Shown here piece after piece: positions 25,702-40,350 of a stretch of DNA of 64,000 nt. The DNA comes from Pristiophorus japonicus. Taxonomy: Eukaryota. Position 1 is the first letter of the stretch. Each line of letters opens with the position of its first letter. The stretch lies in NCBI RefSeq assembly GCF_044704955.1, contig NC_091999.1:64976001-65040000 (forward strand), given 5' to 3'. The notes under the pieces are model-generated. The model was not told where the DNA came from. It ran no database searches and worked only from the letters and a program-made list of their open reading frames with translations. The position numbers and the translations under genes are program-made.

Positions 25702-26391
25702 GTGTGTTCTGTTTTCAGTTGATCGTCTGACCAGATGATAGTTTTATTCCGGTGGATATTAGGACCCTGCGGCCGACGATTCGGTGGTGCTGTGAGGTCA
25801 CGGTTCCAGGCTCTGTCTGACACAACCGGTGGGTCACGTGAATGCTCAATCGAAAATACTGCACGGAAATCAATCCTTAACATTAAAGCACTGTGAGAAA
25901 TTGGCACAGGACAACACAAGTGCGAATTAGTAACCTTTAACACACAGAGTGCCACTAAGTAATGCAAAATGCAATGAATTGCTCACCTTCAGTCTTGTCC
26001 CTCAATCCCAGTCCATCTCTGGAGATTGTTATAAGATTCACCCCATCCTCTCAACACAATTATTATCGATACAATACCAGATGAATTGGACATTGCCCAC
26101 AATTCGTGATAGCTATTAATGAAACTAAACATATATTCTAACCAAAAAAGTATTGCATCCTCCCACCACACACATACATATCTTTATTTATACTCATATC
26201 TATAGACCTTCTATATATCTTATGTCTATGCAACAGACGCATGGTCAAGTGCAGACATAATTGTGACAGTATCTGTTGTACAACAAAAGAGAGATATTCA
26301 CCTTGGAATGGGAATTTGTCCCAAAACTATCTGAGACCGGGGCGAAAGTGAGACACACTGGGCCTCGGCCGACACAAGCAGACATTATAAC

Positions 26392-27840
26392 ATTAGAAAA
26401 CCATAAGAATATACGAAATAGGAGCAGGCGTAGGCCATACGGCCCCTCCAGCCTGCTCCGTCATTCAATACGATCTTGGCTGAACTGATCATGGAATCAG
26501 ATCCACTTCCCTGCCCGGTCCGCATAACCCATTAATCCCTTATTGGTTTAAAAACTGCATATCTCTGTCTTAAATTTATTAAATTTCCCGGCATCGACAG
26601 ATCTCTGCGTCAGCGAATTGCACAGATTTACAACCCTCTGAATAAGAAATTCCTCCTCATCTCAGTGTTAAATGGGCGGCCCCTTGTTCTAAGATTATGC
26701 CCCGTGTTCTCGTCTCCCCTATCAGTGGGAACATCCTCTCTATATCCACCTTGTCAAACCCCCTCATAATCTTAAACGTTTCGATACGATCACCTCTCAT
26801 TCTTCTGAATTCCAATGAGTAGAGGCCCAACCTTTTCTACTCTTCCTCATAAGTCAACCCACTCATCTCCGGAATCAACCTAGTGAACCTTCTCTGACTG
26901 CCCCAAAGCAAGTATATCGTTTCGTAAATAGGGAAAACAAAACCGTACACAGTATTCCAGATGTGGCCTCACCAATGCCCTGTATAACTGTAGCTAGACC
27001 AACCTGCTTTTCTACTCCCTCCCCTTTGCAATAAAGGTCAAAATTCCAATGGCCTTCCTGAAGACTTTCTTTAACTGCATACTAAACTTTTGTGTTTTAT
27101 GCACAAGTACCCCCAGGTCCCGGTGTACAGCAACACTTTGCAATTTTTTTCCATTTAAATAAAAACTTGCTCTTTGATGTTTTTCTGCCAAAATGCATGA
27201 TCTCACATTTTCCAATATTATACTCCATAGTCCAAATTTTTCCCGACGTGCTTATCCTGTATATGTCCTTTTGCAGATTTTTTGTGTCCTCCTTACACAT
27301 TGCTTTTCCTCCCATCTTTGCATCATCAGTAAACTTGGCTATGTTACACTCGATCCCTTCATCCAAGTCATTAGTGTAGCACTGATTCCTGCGGCTGCCC
27401 ACAAGTTACTGATTGCCAACCCCGAGAATGAACCATTTCTCCCGACTCTCTGTTTTCTGTTCGGGAGCCAATCCTCTGTCATTGCTGGTAAATCACCCCA
27501 ACCCCAAGGCCATTTATGTTGTTAGGTAACATTTTATGTGTCACCATGTCAAATTTCTTCTGATTGTCCAAATACAGCATATCCACTGGTTCCCCTTACC
27601 CACCCTGTTCGTTACATCCACTAAGATTTCCAGCAAATTTGTCAAACATGACTTCCCCTTCATAAATGTATGCTGACTCTGCCTGACCGAATTTTGCTTT
27701 TCCAAATGTCCTGCTACTGCTTCTTTAATAATGGACTCCAACCTTTTCACAAAGTACTGGTGGATAGTTTCCATCTTTTTGGCTGCCTCCTTTTTTGAAT
27801 ATGGGCGTTACATTTCCAGTTTTCCAATCTGCTAGGACCA
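26392..27840 (-). mobile_element. CR1 fragment
   Basis: KGKSCLTNLLE, KFTDDAKMGG and the 3' UTR. Confidence 0.9.
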
Positions 27841-28024
27841 TGTGTGAAGTGCAATGGATACATGACCGAGTGAAACATAAAGGGTGACCGGGCCAAGTGT
27901 AATATAAACAGAGACAGGGCGTAGCATATTATAAAATGGGGCAGGTTCTTGTGTAATTATAAACAGAATCAAGGTCTAGTGTAACATAAACAGAGACAGT
28001 GCCTAGTGTAATATAAATATAACA

Positions 28025-30050
28025 ACAGACGTAGATAAGAAATAGGAGCAGGAGTAGGCCAACTGGGCCCTTGAGCCTGCTCCGTCATGTAGTACTGTCA
28101 TGGAAGATCTGATCATGGACTCAGCCCCACTTCCCTGCCTGTTCCCCATAACTCTTTATTTGCTCAAAGATCTATTTATCTCCGCCTTAAATATATTGAA
28201 TGTCTAGCCTCCACAGTTCTCTGGGGCAGAGCGTTCCATAGATTTACAAACCTTGAAGAGAAGAAATTCCTCCTCATTTCAGTTTTAAATGTGCGGCCCC
28301 TTATTCTGAGACTATGTCCCCTGGTTTTCTTTTCCTCTTTGAGTGGAAATATGCTCTCTGCGTCCATCCTTTCGAGCCGCCTCAATATCTTATGTTTCAA
28401 TAAGATCACCTCTCATTCTTCTGAACTCCAATGTGTATAGGCCCAACCTACACAACCTATCTTCATAAGTCAAACACCTCATCTCCGCAATCAACATAGT
28501 AAACCTTCTTTGAACAGCATCCAATGTTAGTATGTCGTTCCTTAAATAAGGAGACCAAAATCTTACTCAGTACTCTAGGTGTGCCCTCACCAATACCCTG
28601 TACAGTTTTCCACACTCACTTAATCTGTCTTTATTCCTTTGCAGATTTTTGAGTCCTCCTCACAATTTGCTTTCTCATCCATCTTTTATCATCAGCAAAC
28701 GTGACAACATTAGACTCAGTCCCTTCATCCAAGTAATTACAATAGATTGCAAGTAGTTGAGGATCCAGCACCGATATATCAGTCCCCCTACTAGTCACAT
28801 TTTGCCAACCAGTAAATGACCCAAATATACCGACTCTCCGATCTGCTAGTTCGCCAATACTCTGATTGCTAGTATATTAACCCCAAACCCGTGAAATTTT
28901 ATTGTGTGCAGGAACCTTTTATGTGGCATCTTATCGAATGCATTCTGGAAATCCAAATACGCCACATGCACTGGCCGCCCTTATCCACTCTGCTCGTTCC
29001 ATCGTAAATAACCTCAGCAAATTTGTCAAACATGATTTCCCTTTCATTAAAGCATGCTGACTCTGCTTGATTGAATTATGTTTTTGGAAATGTTCCGCTA
29101 ATGCTTCCTTAATAATGGACTCCAGCTTTTTGCCAATGGCTGGCGTTCGGCTCACTGATCAGTAGTTTCTTGCTTTTATCTGCCTTCTGTTTTAAATAGC
29201 GGCATTACATTTGCAGTTTTCCAATCTGCTGGGTCCGCCCCAGAATCCAGGGTATTTTGGTAGATTACAAGCATTGCATCCAGTATCTCTGCAGCCACTT
29301 TTTCTAGAACCCGAGGATGTAAGCCATCAGGTCCAGGGGACTTGTCCGCCTTTAGTCCCATTATTTACCGAGTCCTACTTCACTAGTAATAGTGATTGTA
29401 ATACGTTCTTCCCTCCCTATAGCCCATTGATTTTCCACTATTGGGATGTTTTACTGAATTCTACCGTGAAGCTCAATACAAAATATTTCTTCAACGACTC
29501 TGTCCTTTTCCATGTTGTCCATTATTAATTCCCCAGTCTCATCCTCTAGATGACCAATATTTACTTTAGCCAATCTTTTCCTTTTTATGTACCTGTAGAA
29601 AATCTTGCTCTCTGTTTTTATATTTCGTCCCAATTTAATTTCATAATCTATGTTAACCTTTCTTCATCATTTATTTGGTTATTTGCTGGCTTTTAAATAA
29701 TTCCCAATTCTCTGGCCTCCCACTAGTCTTCGCCATATTGTACACATTTGTTTTCAATTTGATATATTTGCTTATTTCCTGAGTTAGCCACGGATGGTTA
29801 TACCTTCTCTTGCAGTCTTGCCTTCTCATTGGGATATATTCTTGTTGCGAGTTAGGAAATATTTCCTTAAATGTCTGCCATTGCTCATCAGCCGTCCAAT
29901 CCTTTTATCTATTTTCCCAGTCCACTTTAGCCAACTCTGCCCTCATACCTTTGTAGTCTCCTTTAATTAAGCTTGGGACACTGGTTTGAGAACTCACTCT
30001 CTCATCATCGAACTGAATTTGAAATTCACCATGTTATGGTCACTCATAGA
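28025..30050 (-). mobile_element. CR1 fragment with internal deletions
   Basis: GLKADKSPGPDGLHPRVL, KGKSCLTNLL, EMRRNFFS. Confidence 0.9.
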
Positions 30051-30835
30051 TTAGTATGGCACAGAAGGTGGTAATTTAGAGCCTAGAGTCTGTGCCGCCT
30101 CTTTCGAGGAACAATCCAGTTGGTCTCACTCCCCCGCTCCTTCCCTATATCACTGCATTTATTTCTCCTTCAAGTATTTATACAATTTCCTTTTGAACGC
30201 TACTATTGAATCTGTATCAGTATTCTCTAAATCCTTCACAGTGGTTGCATAGATCATTTCGTCCACAAAGCGCTTCTTGTTCTTTTGTCAATCACCTTAC
30301 ATCTGAAACAGTTTCTATTTATTTACTCTTTCTAAACCCCTGATGAAGTTAAACACATCTATCAAATCTCCTCTTAAAATTCTCTTCTCTAAAGATGAGC
30401 ATCCCATCTTGTCCTGTCTCTCCACATTAACTGAAGTCCCTCATCCCTGGTACCATTCTATTAAGCAGGCCGTTAACCTTGCCACCTCCAAGGAGAAAAA
30501 TCCAATTTTCTCCAATTTCTACCCTTTAACTGAAGTCCCTCATGCAGGTACCAATCTAATGAATCTCCTCTTAACCTTCTCTGCACTAAAGAAAACAACC
30601 TCAGCTTCTGCAGGCTCTCAACATAATTGTAATCCCCCATCCTTGATGCGTTTCCTGTAAATTCTCTTCTGTACCCTTTCCAAAGACTTCACGTCCTTCC
30701 AAAAGTGTGGTGCCCAGAATTGGACACAATATTCCAGCTGGGGCCTAACTAGTGGTTCTAGTCATTCATCCCTGGTATCAATCTGGTAATCTCACCGCAC
30801 TCTTCTCTGCTGTAAGGAGAACATCACCAGCTTCT
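30050..30835 (-). mobile_element. Degenerate, locally duplicated CR1 fragments (paralogue at ~11940-12350)
   Basis: Repeated ctgaagtccctcat...aaggagaacaatcccagcttctc motifs. Confidence 0.6.
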
Positions 30836-31854
30836 CCAAGTCTGTCCGTGTAGCAAGAGCTTGCATCCTACCGTCCCATACTCAAAATTGACAGCGAGCT
30901 CGAGGTGGGCATTGGTCCGTCCTCAACAGCGAGAAGTAGGAGGAAAAAACAACAGTGAAAGTCAACGATGTCATAAAACAATTTTTAAAAATGTTACCTT
31001 CTTATTTTTTATTTTAAGAAAGGAAAAGTATCCTGACAGCTGCAACTAGAATTTCTACCTAGCGTCAGTTTCACAGCCAACGCCCTCTCTGGAAAGGTCA
31101 ACATGTTATTTCTCGTCAGTTTTCGTTTGGATGGGTGTGTTAAATATATATATTTGCATCGCTCTCATCCTTATTCGTTAATATATATGAAAGCTCGTTG
31201 AACGAATTGCGTACGGAAAATTTCAGCTGAGTAATCCTCATCGATGGAAGCAGAAACACTGCAAAGATAAAAAATAAAATCGGTTGGGCAGAAGGAAGGA
31301 TGGAAGGAGGAGTGCAGCAAGGGAGAAATGAAGTGATGGAGGCGTGTAGGGATGGATGGAGGGAGGGAGGGATGGATGCAAGGAGGGAGCGAATAATGGA
31401 GGGAGGGATGGAGGGTGGGAGAGATGGAGGGAGGGAGGGATGGAGAGATGGATCGAGGGTGGGAGGGACGGTGGCAGGGAGTGATGAAGAATCAGCAAAT
31501 TTAGCCGATTAAAACGCTTCATGATTTTTAACCTTTCTATTAATTGGCTATAACCTGCTCGGCTATAAGGAGAACAATCCCAGCCTCCAGCTGCTCTGAT
31601 GGTGCATCTCACACTGTGCACAACTCAAGTTCGGTGAGTCCTTCTGCCTCGGGCATTTCCAGATGTTCTTTGAGGAATCGGTGAACTTTTTTATGGACTC
31701 AGTGGAAATCCCTTTGTGGGAATAACATCTCAGGCAAGGTAAGAGAACTCTCCCTGATAATAAACGGATCGGAGTAAACTGTGCTCAGGGCCTGAACTTC
31801 AGACACGATGCGCTGAATGGCAGCATTTTAAAATACAAGCTGTGATATGTTCAA

Positions 31855-32300
31855 GCCTCGGCTAAGTGGGATCATTCTCGCTTGTGACTCAGAAGGTCAA
31901 ATACTAAACACTGCTCCACAGACCTGAGCACATAATCTATGCCGACACGCCCAGTGCCAGTATTGAGGAAGTGCTGCACCATGATATGTGACGTCTTTCG
32001 GGGCAGACATTAAACTGAGGCCCATCGTCCCGCTCAGTTGGATTAAAGGACTCATGACACTATTTGAAAGAGCAGTGGCATTCTCCAGAGTTTCCAGCAC
32101 ACATAGTTATCACTAAAACAACATCTGAAAAACAAATTATCTGATCATTATTTCATTGCTGTGTGTGGGATCTTTCTGCGCACAAGTGGACTGCCACGTT
32201 TCCTACATTACAACAATGACCACACTTGCAAAGTAATTCATTGGCTGGAAAGCACTTTAGGACATAGAGGTCACGAAAGGCGCTATATATATGCAACCTG
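31855..32300 (+). mobile_element. Deu-domain SINE, unit copy C
   Basis: Paralogous to 3880-4315. Confidence 0.8.
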
Positions 32301-33134
32301 TTTCTTAATGTGAACATTTGAAAATATAATTTGCAATATGTGAAAAGCTCAGATATTAATGTGATTGTCGGACATGAACTGGTCACTGGTTTAACTTGTT
32401 TAGTTGCAATCGATTAACTGTTCCACGCTCAAAGGTGTTCCACTGATTTTGGCAGCAGAACTTTCAGAACTGAATTATACACTTTAATATTTATTCCCGT
32501 TGATATAATTCACATCTGTTCTCAATGAACAAATCTGAAGACAAGATCATTGTTCGAGATATTTCTATTAATGTTGTAGTAACTGTCAATTTACTTAAAA
32601 TAAGCCATTTTTGTGAGTTGAAACGAATCAATATTCACTCTGCTGATCTGATTTTGCCGCCATGAAAACTTCATGGGAACCAGTGAGGCGTTTATGTAAA
32701 TAACACATAAATAGACGTCCCAGATAGAGTATTGAGCGCCAGAAACACAATAAATGTTTCCCCACAAGCACAGCTTAGAAATATTAATAGAGAGAAATGC
32801 AAATTTCTCAACGGACTTCAGTAACAATTCTATTGAGATATTTCGCTAATTTATAGGAGAATAAAGTAAAGATGATACCCACGGTCAGAATGGGAAAAAT
32901 TCTAGTCACTGTATTTAGCGGCATCACAAATGTGTCAGTGGAGATTTCCTGTATAATCTCTCTCTCCTAATTCCACTTCCCGTCTTATCTCTCATGAATG
33001 GATAATTGGGCTTCTGCCACAATCAGATGTTAGCATCTAACAAAAGGTTTCCTTGGGCCCCAATGAAATGCCTCGAACCAACTTTATTTGAGTGCGCAGA
33101 GGGAGTTTTAATCCAAAATGTGACCTGGGCACTA

Positions 33135-33420
33135 AGTTACCTGGGAGTTTTTGATGGGACGGTGCAGAGGGAGTTTTACATTGTATTTAAACGATGCTGT
33201 ACCTTTCCTGGGAGTGCTTGATGATACAGATTAGAGGGAGATTTACATTGTATTTAACCCGCGCTGTACCAATCTTGGGAATGTTTGATGGGGCAGTGTA
33301 GAGGGATAATTTCTCTATTATCTACCCTGCGCTGTACCTGCCCCTGGGAGAGTTTGATGGGGCAGTGTAGAGGGAGATTTACTCGTTATCTGACACATGT
33401 TGTACCTGACCTGGGAGTTA
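33135..33420 (+). repeat. 67-bp satellite
   Basis: About 4 units. Confidence 0.85.
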
Positions 33421-34174
33421 CAGGCTTTAGTGCATTTATAACGGTGACAGGGTGTAGTCTAAAATAAACAGAGAAAAATTCTATTTTAGTAATGTCAAAG
33501 ATGGGGCTAGAGTAAAATAAACAATGTCCTTGTCTCGTTTAATAGAAACAGAGACAGGGACTTGTGCAATAGGAACAAAGGCATGGCACATTCCAGTTAT
33601 ACCTGAGACAGGGCCTAGAACAAAATTAGTAGTTCTAGTGCAGTAACAACTGAGATAGGTCGAGTGCAGTAATTACTGATACAGGGAAAATTTTATTAGC
33701 TGTTAGTATGTGGATGTGGGCGTCGCTGACTAGGCCAACATTGATTGTCGACCAGCAATGAGCCTTGAGAAGCAAGTGATGAGCTGCCGCCTTGATCCGC
33801 AGCAGACAATGTGGTGAAGGCACCCCAAAGTGTTAGGGAGGGCGTTCCACGAATTTGACCCAGCGACTATGAAGAAACGGTAATACAATTCCAAGTCAGG
33901 ATGGTGTGTGATTTGGATGGGAACTTATACGTGGTGGTGTTTCCACGAGCCTGATGCCCTTATCATTCTAGGTGGAAGAGATTGCAGGTTTCGAAAGTGC
34001 TGTCGAAGATGTCTTGGCGAGTCGCTTCAATGCATCTTGTGGATAGTTATCACTGCAGACATGGTGCGCCGCTGGTGGAGGGAGTGACTATTTAACGTGG
34101 TGGCTGGCGTAATATAAACTGGAACAGGATCTAGTGTAGTAATAACTGAGACAGGCTCTGGGTGTATTTTGGAA

Positions 34175-35340
34175 TTATAGAATGGTTACGGCACAGAAGA
34201 AGGTGATTCGGCCAATATAGCCAGTTCCGCTTTCTGGAAGAGTATTTCAACTCGTCCACAACCCCGCCCTTTCCCGTAGACCTGTGATTATTCTTCGTTC
34301 AGGTACCTTTCCAAATCTGTTTGAATGCCATGATTGAATCTGCTTCCACCTTTCATTCAGGCAGTGCATTCCAGATCCTCTCCACCCGCTGTGTAAAAAC
34401 GTTTTCCTAATGTAGCCTTTGGTTCTTCTGCCAATTATGTTAAATTTCTGTTCTCTGTTCTCGAGCCTTACGCCAATGGGAACCTTTTCCTCTCTATCTA
34501 CTCTTTCTACTCTGTCTTTATTTTTCTGAACACCTCTATCAAGTCTCATCTCAACATTCTCTGCTCAAAGGAGAACAACTCCAGCTTCTCCAGACTACCA
34601 CTTAACCGAAGTATTGCATCCCTGGAACCGCATGTAAATCTATTCTCCACGCTTTCGAAGGCCTTCACGTCCTTCCTAAAGTATGGTGCCCAGAATTGGA
34701 CACAGTGCTCCAATCGAGGTCCCACAATTGTTTTATACAGGTCCATTGTGATTTCCTTGCTTTTATATTCTATGTCCCTATTTATGAAGCTCAGGATCCC
34801 ACATAATTTTTAAACCACTTTCTCAACCTGACCTGCCAAATTTAATGATTTTTGCACATATATTCCCAGATCTCAGTGTTCATCATTGTTTAGTATTGTA
34901 CCCTTTGGTTTATCTTGCGTCCCCTCATTCTTCTTACAAAAACGAATCATTTCACTCTTTCTGCTTTCCATTTGCCAGTGACCGTCCATTGCACCAGCAT
35001 GGCTATATCCTCTTGAAGTCTATCACTATCCCCCTCACTTTTCACTATACTTCCAAACTTTGAATCATCTGAAAATTTTGAAATTGTGCCCAGTACACCC
35101 AAATCTAAGTCATGAATATCAATCAAGAAAAGCAGTGTTTCTAGTACCAACAGCTGCGGAATACCACTGTATAACTTTATCCAGTCCAAAAAAAACACTA
35201 CTCTCTGATTCCTGTCATTCAGCCAATTTCATATTCATGTTACCACTGTCCCTATTAAATTATGGGATTCAACTTTGCTGGTAAGGATATTATTAAGGCA
35301 CTTTATCAAATGCTTTTAGGAAGTCCACCACATCAACCAT
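34175..35340 (-). mobile_element. CR1 fragment, unit copy C
   Basis: Paralogous to 5965-7100. LYKTIVGPRLEHCVQFWAPYFRKD. Confidence 0.88.
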
Positions 35341-35814
35341 ATAAAAGAGACTGGGTCTAGTGCATAAAAACTGCGATAGGTTCTGGTGCAATGAGAGAAA
35401 CAATATTCATGTAATTACAGATGTATTAACCTCATGCCAGATACAGGTGCAGTTTAATTTTTATCATAACTTGCACAAATAATCATATATTTGAGGTGTA
35501 TATCAGGGGATTATGTGTGATGGTGATGTGACCACTGGTCAATAAAGCACAGAGACCGGTGGGGGGCTGCACATTACCCTCGGTGTCATTTAATCCATTT
35601 TCCCACTGAATACTGCGGACAGACATGGTCACCTTGGTAAAGGAATTGACAGTGTGCCATCACTTTCTAAAGAAGAGCACACAAGACAATGTGTTATAAA
35701 TAAATGTTAAAATTATTAAACGATTTGCAATTAGCTGTTGACTAAAATGAAATATTGAAAAATAATGGTTGAAGGTAATCATTTATCTTTGTGGAATGCA
35801 CTTGCACACATTTT

Positions 35815-35945
35815 NNNNNNNNNNNNNNNNNNNNNNNNNNNNNNNNNNNNNNNNNNNNNNNNNNNNNNNNNNNNNNNNNNNNNNNNNNNNNNNNNNNNNN
35901 NNNNNNNNNNNNNNNNNNNNNNNNNNNNNNNNNNNNNNNNNNNNN
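35815..35945. other. Assembly gap (N run)
   Basis: N characters. Confidence 1.
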
Positions 35946-36439
35946 GCTCTTCTCAGTTGTTCGTCTGAATCAGATGAGTTAATCTATTCCCGTGGATATT
36001 AGGAACCTGCGGCCGGCCATATGGTGGAGCTGTGAGGTCACGGTTCCAGGCTCATTCTGACACAATCAGTGGGTCACGTGAAAGTTCAAAACAAAATATT
36101 GCAGGAAAAACATTCCTTCAATCCTTAACATTAAAGAACTGGGAGACATTGGGACACTACAATACAACTGTAAATTAGTAACCTTTAACGCACCGAGTGC
36201 CACGAAGTAGTGCAAAGTGCAGTAAATTGCTCACCTTCAGTCATGTCCCCCAATCCTAGTCCGTCTCTGGGAGATTGTCACAAGATTCACCCCATCCTCT
36301 CAACACAAATATTACCGACACAATAGAAAAATAGAAATATAGAACATAGAAAATAAGTGCAGGAGCAGGCCATTCGGCACTTCTACCCTGCACCGCCATT
36401 CAATGAGTTCATGGCTGAACATGCAACTTCAGTAGCCCC

Positions 36440-39300
36440 CATTCCTGCTTTCTCGCCATCTCTCTAGTAGTAAGGACTACATCTAACTCATTTTTGAATA
36501 TATTTATGGATTGGCCTCAACAACCTTCTGTGCGAGAGAATTCCACAGATTCACCACTTTCTGGGTGAAGATGTTTCTCCTCATCTCGGTCCTAAATGGC
36601 TTACCCCTTATTCTTAGACTGTGACCCCTGGTTCTGGACCTCCCCAAGATTGGGAACATTCTTCCTGCATCTAACCTGTCTAACCCCGTCAGAATTTTAA
36701 ACGTTTATATGAGGTCCCCTCTCATTCCTCTGAACTCCAGTGAATACAAGCCCAGCTGATCCAGTCTTTCTTGATACGTCAGTCCCGCCATCCCGGGAAT
36801 CAGTCTGGTGAACCTTCGCTGCACTCCCTCAATATCAAGAATGTCCTTCCTCAGTTTAGGAGACCAAAACTGTACACAATACTCCAGGTATGGCTTCTCC
36901 AAGGCCCTGTGCAACTGTAACAACACCTCCCTGCCCCTGTACTCAAATCCCCTCGCTATGAAGGCCAACATGCCATTTGCTTTCTTAACCGCCTGCTGTA
37001 CCTGCATGCCAACCTTCAATGACTGATGTACCATGGCACCCAGGTCTCATTGCACCTCCCCTTTTCCTAATCTGTCACCATTCAGATAATAGTCTGTCTC
37101 TCTGTTTTTACCACCAAAGTAGATAACCTCACATTTATCCACATTATACTTCATCTGCCATGCATTTGCCCACTTTCCTAACCTATCCAAGTCGCTCTGC
37201 AGCCTCATAGCATCCTCCGCACAGCTCACACTGCCACCCAACTTAGCATCATCCGCAAATTTGGAGATACTATATTTAATTCCCTCGTACAAATCATTAA
37301 TGTACAATGTAAACAGCTGAGGCCCCAGCACAGAACCTTGCGGTACTCCACTAGTCACCGCCTGCCATTCTGAAAAATACCCATTGACTCCTACACTTTG
37401 CTTCCTGTCTGACAATCAGTTCTCAATCCATGTCAGCACACTACCCCCAATCCCATGTGCTTTAACTTTGCACATTAACCTCTTGTGTGGGAACTTGTCG
37501 AAAGCCTTCTGAAAATCCAAATATACCACATCAACTGGTTCTCCCTTGTCCATTCTACTGGAAACATCCTCCAAAAATTCCAGAAGATTTGTCAAGCATG
37601 ATTTCCCTTTCACAAATCCATGATGACTTGGACCTATCATGTCACCTCTTTCCAAATGCGCTGCTATGAAATACTTAATAATTGATTCCATCATTTTACC
37701 CACTACCGATGTCAGGCTGACTGGTCTATAATTCACTGTTTTCTCTCTCCCTCCTTTTTTAAAAAGTGGGGTTACATTGGCTACCCTCCACTGCATAGGA
37801 ACTGATCCAGAATCAATGGAATGATGGAAAATGACTGTCAATGAATCCGCTATTTCCAAGGCCAACTCCTTAAGTACACTGGGATGCAGTCCATCTGGCC
37901 CTGGGGATTTATCGGCCTTCAATCCCATCAATTTCCCCAACACAATTTCCCGACTAATAAGGATTTCACTCAGTTCCTCCTCCTTACTAGACTCTGAGAC
38001 CCCTTTTATATCCGGAAAGTTGTTAGTGTCCTCCTTAGTGAATACCAAACCAAAGTACTTGTTCAATTGGTCCGCCATTTATTTGTTCCCCATTGTTACT
38101 TCCCTTGATTCTGACTGCAGGGGACCGACGTTTGTCTTTACTAACCTTTTTCTCTTTACATATCTATAGACACTTTTGCAATCCGTACCAATTTTTCCTG
38201 CAAGCTTCTTCTCGTACTCCATTTTCCCTGCCCTAATCAGAGCTTTTGTCCTCCTCTGCTGAGTTCTAAATTTCTCCCAGTCTCTTGCTGCGCTGCTATT
38301 TCTGGCCAATTTGTGTGCCACTTCCTTGGCTTTAATACTCTCCTTGATTTCCCTTGATAGCCACGGTTGAGCCACCATCCCTTTTTTTATTTTTACGCCA
38401 GACAGGAATATACAATTGTTGTAGTTCATCCATGCGGTCTCTAAATGGCTGCCATTTCCCATCCACAGTCAACCCCTTATGTATCATTCGCCAATCTATC
38501 CTAGCCAATTCACGCCTCATACCTTCAAAGTTACCCTTCTTTAAGTTCTGGACAATGGTCTCTGAATTAACAGTTTAGTTCTCCATCCTAAAGCAGAATT
38601 CCACCATATTATGTTCACTCTTCCCCAAGGGGCCTCGCACAACGAGATTTCTAATTAATACTCTCTCATTACACAACACCCAGTCTAAGATGGCCTCCCC
38701 CCAGTTGGTTTCTCTGCATATTGTTCTAGAGAACCATCCCTTATGCACTCCAGGTAATCCTACTCCACCGAATTGCTTCCAGTTTGGTTAGCCCACTCGA
38801 TGTGCATATTAAAGTCGCCCATTTTCACTGCTGCACCCTTATTGCATGCACGCCTAATTTCCTATTTCATGCCCTCCCCAACGTCACTACTACTGTTTGG
38901 AGGTCTGTACTCAATTCCCACTAACGTGTTTTGCCCTTTGGTGTTCTGCAGCTGTATCCATAGAGATTCCACATCATCCAAGCCAATGTCCTTCCTAACT
39001 ATTGCATTAATCTCCGCTTTAACCAGCAATGCTACCCCACCTCCTTTTCCTTTTATTCTATCCTTCCTGAATGTTGAATACCACTGGATGTTGAGTTTCC
39101 AGCCCTGATCATCCTGGAGCGACGTCTCGGTAATGCCAATCACATCATATTTGTTAACATCTATTTGCACAGTTAATTCATCCACCTTATTACGGATACT
39201 CCTTGCATTAAGACACAAAGTCTTCAGGCTTGTTTTTTTAACACCCTTTTTCCTTTTAGAATTTTTCTGTACAGTGGCCCTTTTTGTTCTTTGCCTTGGG
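36440..39300 (-). pseudogene. CR1 ORF2 (APE endonuclease plus RT) with several stops and frameshifts
   Basis: LNARSIRNKVDEL, VIGITET, YRPPNS, YLDFQKAFDK, GVPQGSVLGP, FADD. Confidence 0.92.
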
Positions 39301-39403
39301 TTTCTCTGCCCTCCACTTTTCCTCATCTACTTTCTGTCTTTTGCTTTTGACTCCTTTTTGTTTCCCTCTGTCTCCCTGCATTGGTTCCCATCCCCCTGCC
39401 ATA

Positions 39404-40350
39404 TTAGTTTAACTCCTCCCCAACAGCACGAGCAAACATACCCCCTAGGACATTGGTTCTGGTCCTGCCCAGGTGCAGACCGTCCGGTTTGTACTGGTCC
39501 CACCTCCCCCAGAACCGGTTCCAATGCCCCAGGAATTTGAATCCCTCCCTGCTGCACCACTGCTGAAGCCACGTATTAATCTGTGCTATCCTGCAATTCC
39601 TACTCTGACTAGCACGTGGCATTGGTAGCAATCCCGAGATTACTACTTTTGAGGTCCTACTTTTTAATTTAGCTGCTAGCTCCTTAAATTCGTTTCGTAT
39701 GACCTCATCTCTTTTTTTTAACGATGTCGTTGGTACCAATGTGCACCACGACAACTGGCTGTTCTCCCTCCCTTTTTAGAATGTCCTGCACCCGCTGCGA
39801 GACATCCTTGACCCTTGCACCAGGGAGGCAACATACCATCCTGGGGTCTCGGTTGCGGCCGCAGAAACGCCTATCCTTTCCCCTTACAATTGAATCCCCT
39901 ATCACTAACGCTTTCCCACTCTTTTTCCTGCCCTCCTGTGCAAGAGAGCCACCCTTGGTGCCATGAACTTGGCTGCTGCTGCCCTCCCCTGATGAGTCGT
40001 CCCCTCAACAGTACTCAAAGCAGTGTATCTGTTTTGCAGGGGGCTGACCACAGGGGATCCCTGCACTACCTTCCATGCACTGCTCTTCCTGCTGGTCTTC
40101 CATTCCCTATCTGGCTGTGGACCATTCACCTGCGGTAACACCAACTCGCTACACGTGCTACTCACGTCATTCTCAGCATCATGGATGCTCTGGAGTGAAT
40201 CAACCCTCAGCTCAAATCCGCAACGCGGTCCGTCAGGAGCTGGAGGCGGATACACTTCCCGCACACGTAGTCGTCAGGGACACTGGAGTCGTCGCTGAGT
40301 TCCCACATGGTACAGGAGGAGCATAACACGTGACCGAGCTCTCCTGCCAT
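39404..40350 (-). pseudogene. CR1 ORF1 (zinc finger plus SGNH/GDSL esterase), frameshifted
   Basis: MAGELGHVLCSSCTMWE...YVCGKC, IGDSIVRG, CLPGARVKDV, VHIGTND, DGLHL. Confidence 0.9.

Larger units (their letters stand above)
12352..26112 (+). pseudogene. Unidentified decayed gene, copy B: E1 ~12352-12492, E2 12701-12782, E3 13095-13243, E4 from 13862, E5 ~24438-24750, E6 25719-~26112
   Basis: E1 PYTQWQRAPGGYWPIVNSKKGDEKEQLKVDHVLKQ; E2 KLGEGIGCRKFQLRHLHRWKQKHCK; E3 ends NDILSK|gtaagg; E4 starts ctcag|ILL; E5 ends AATG|gtaaag; E6 starts tttcag|TT. Splice phases are compatible across junctions. Confidence 0.6.
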
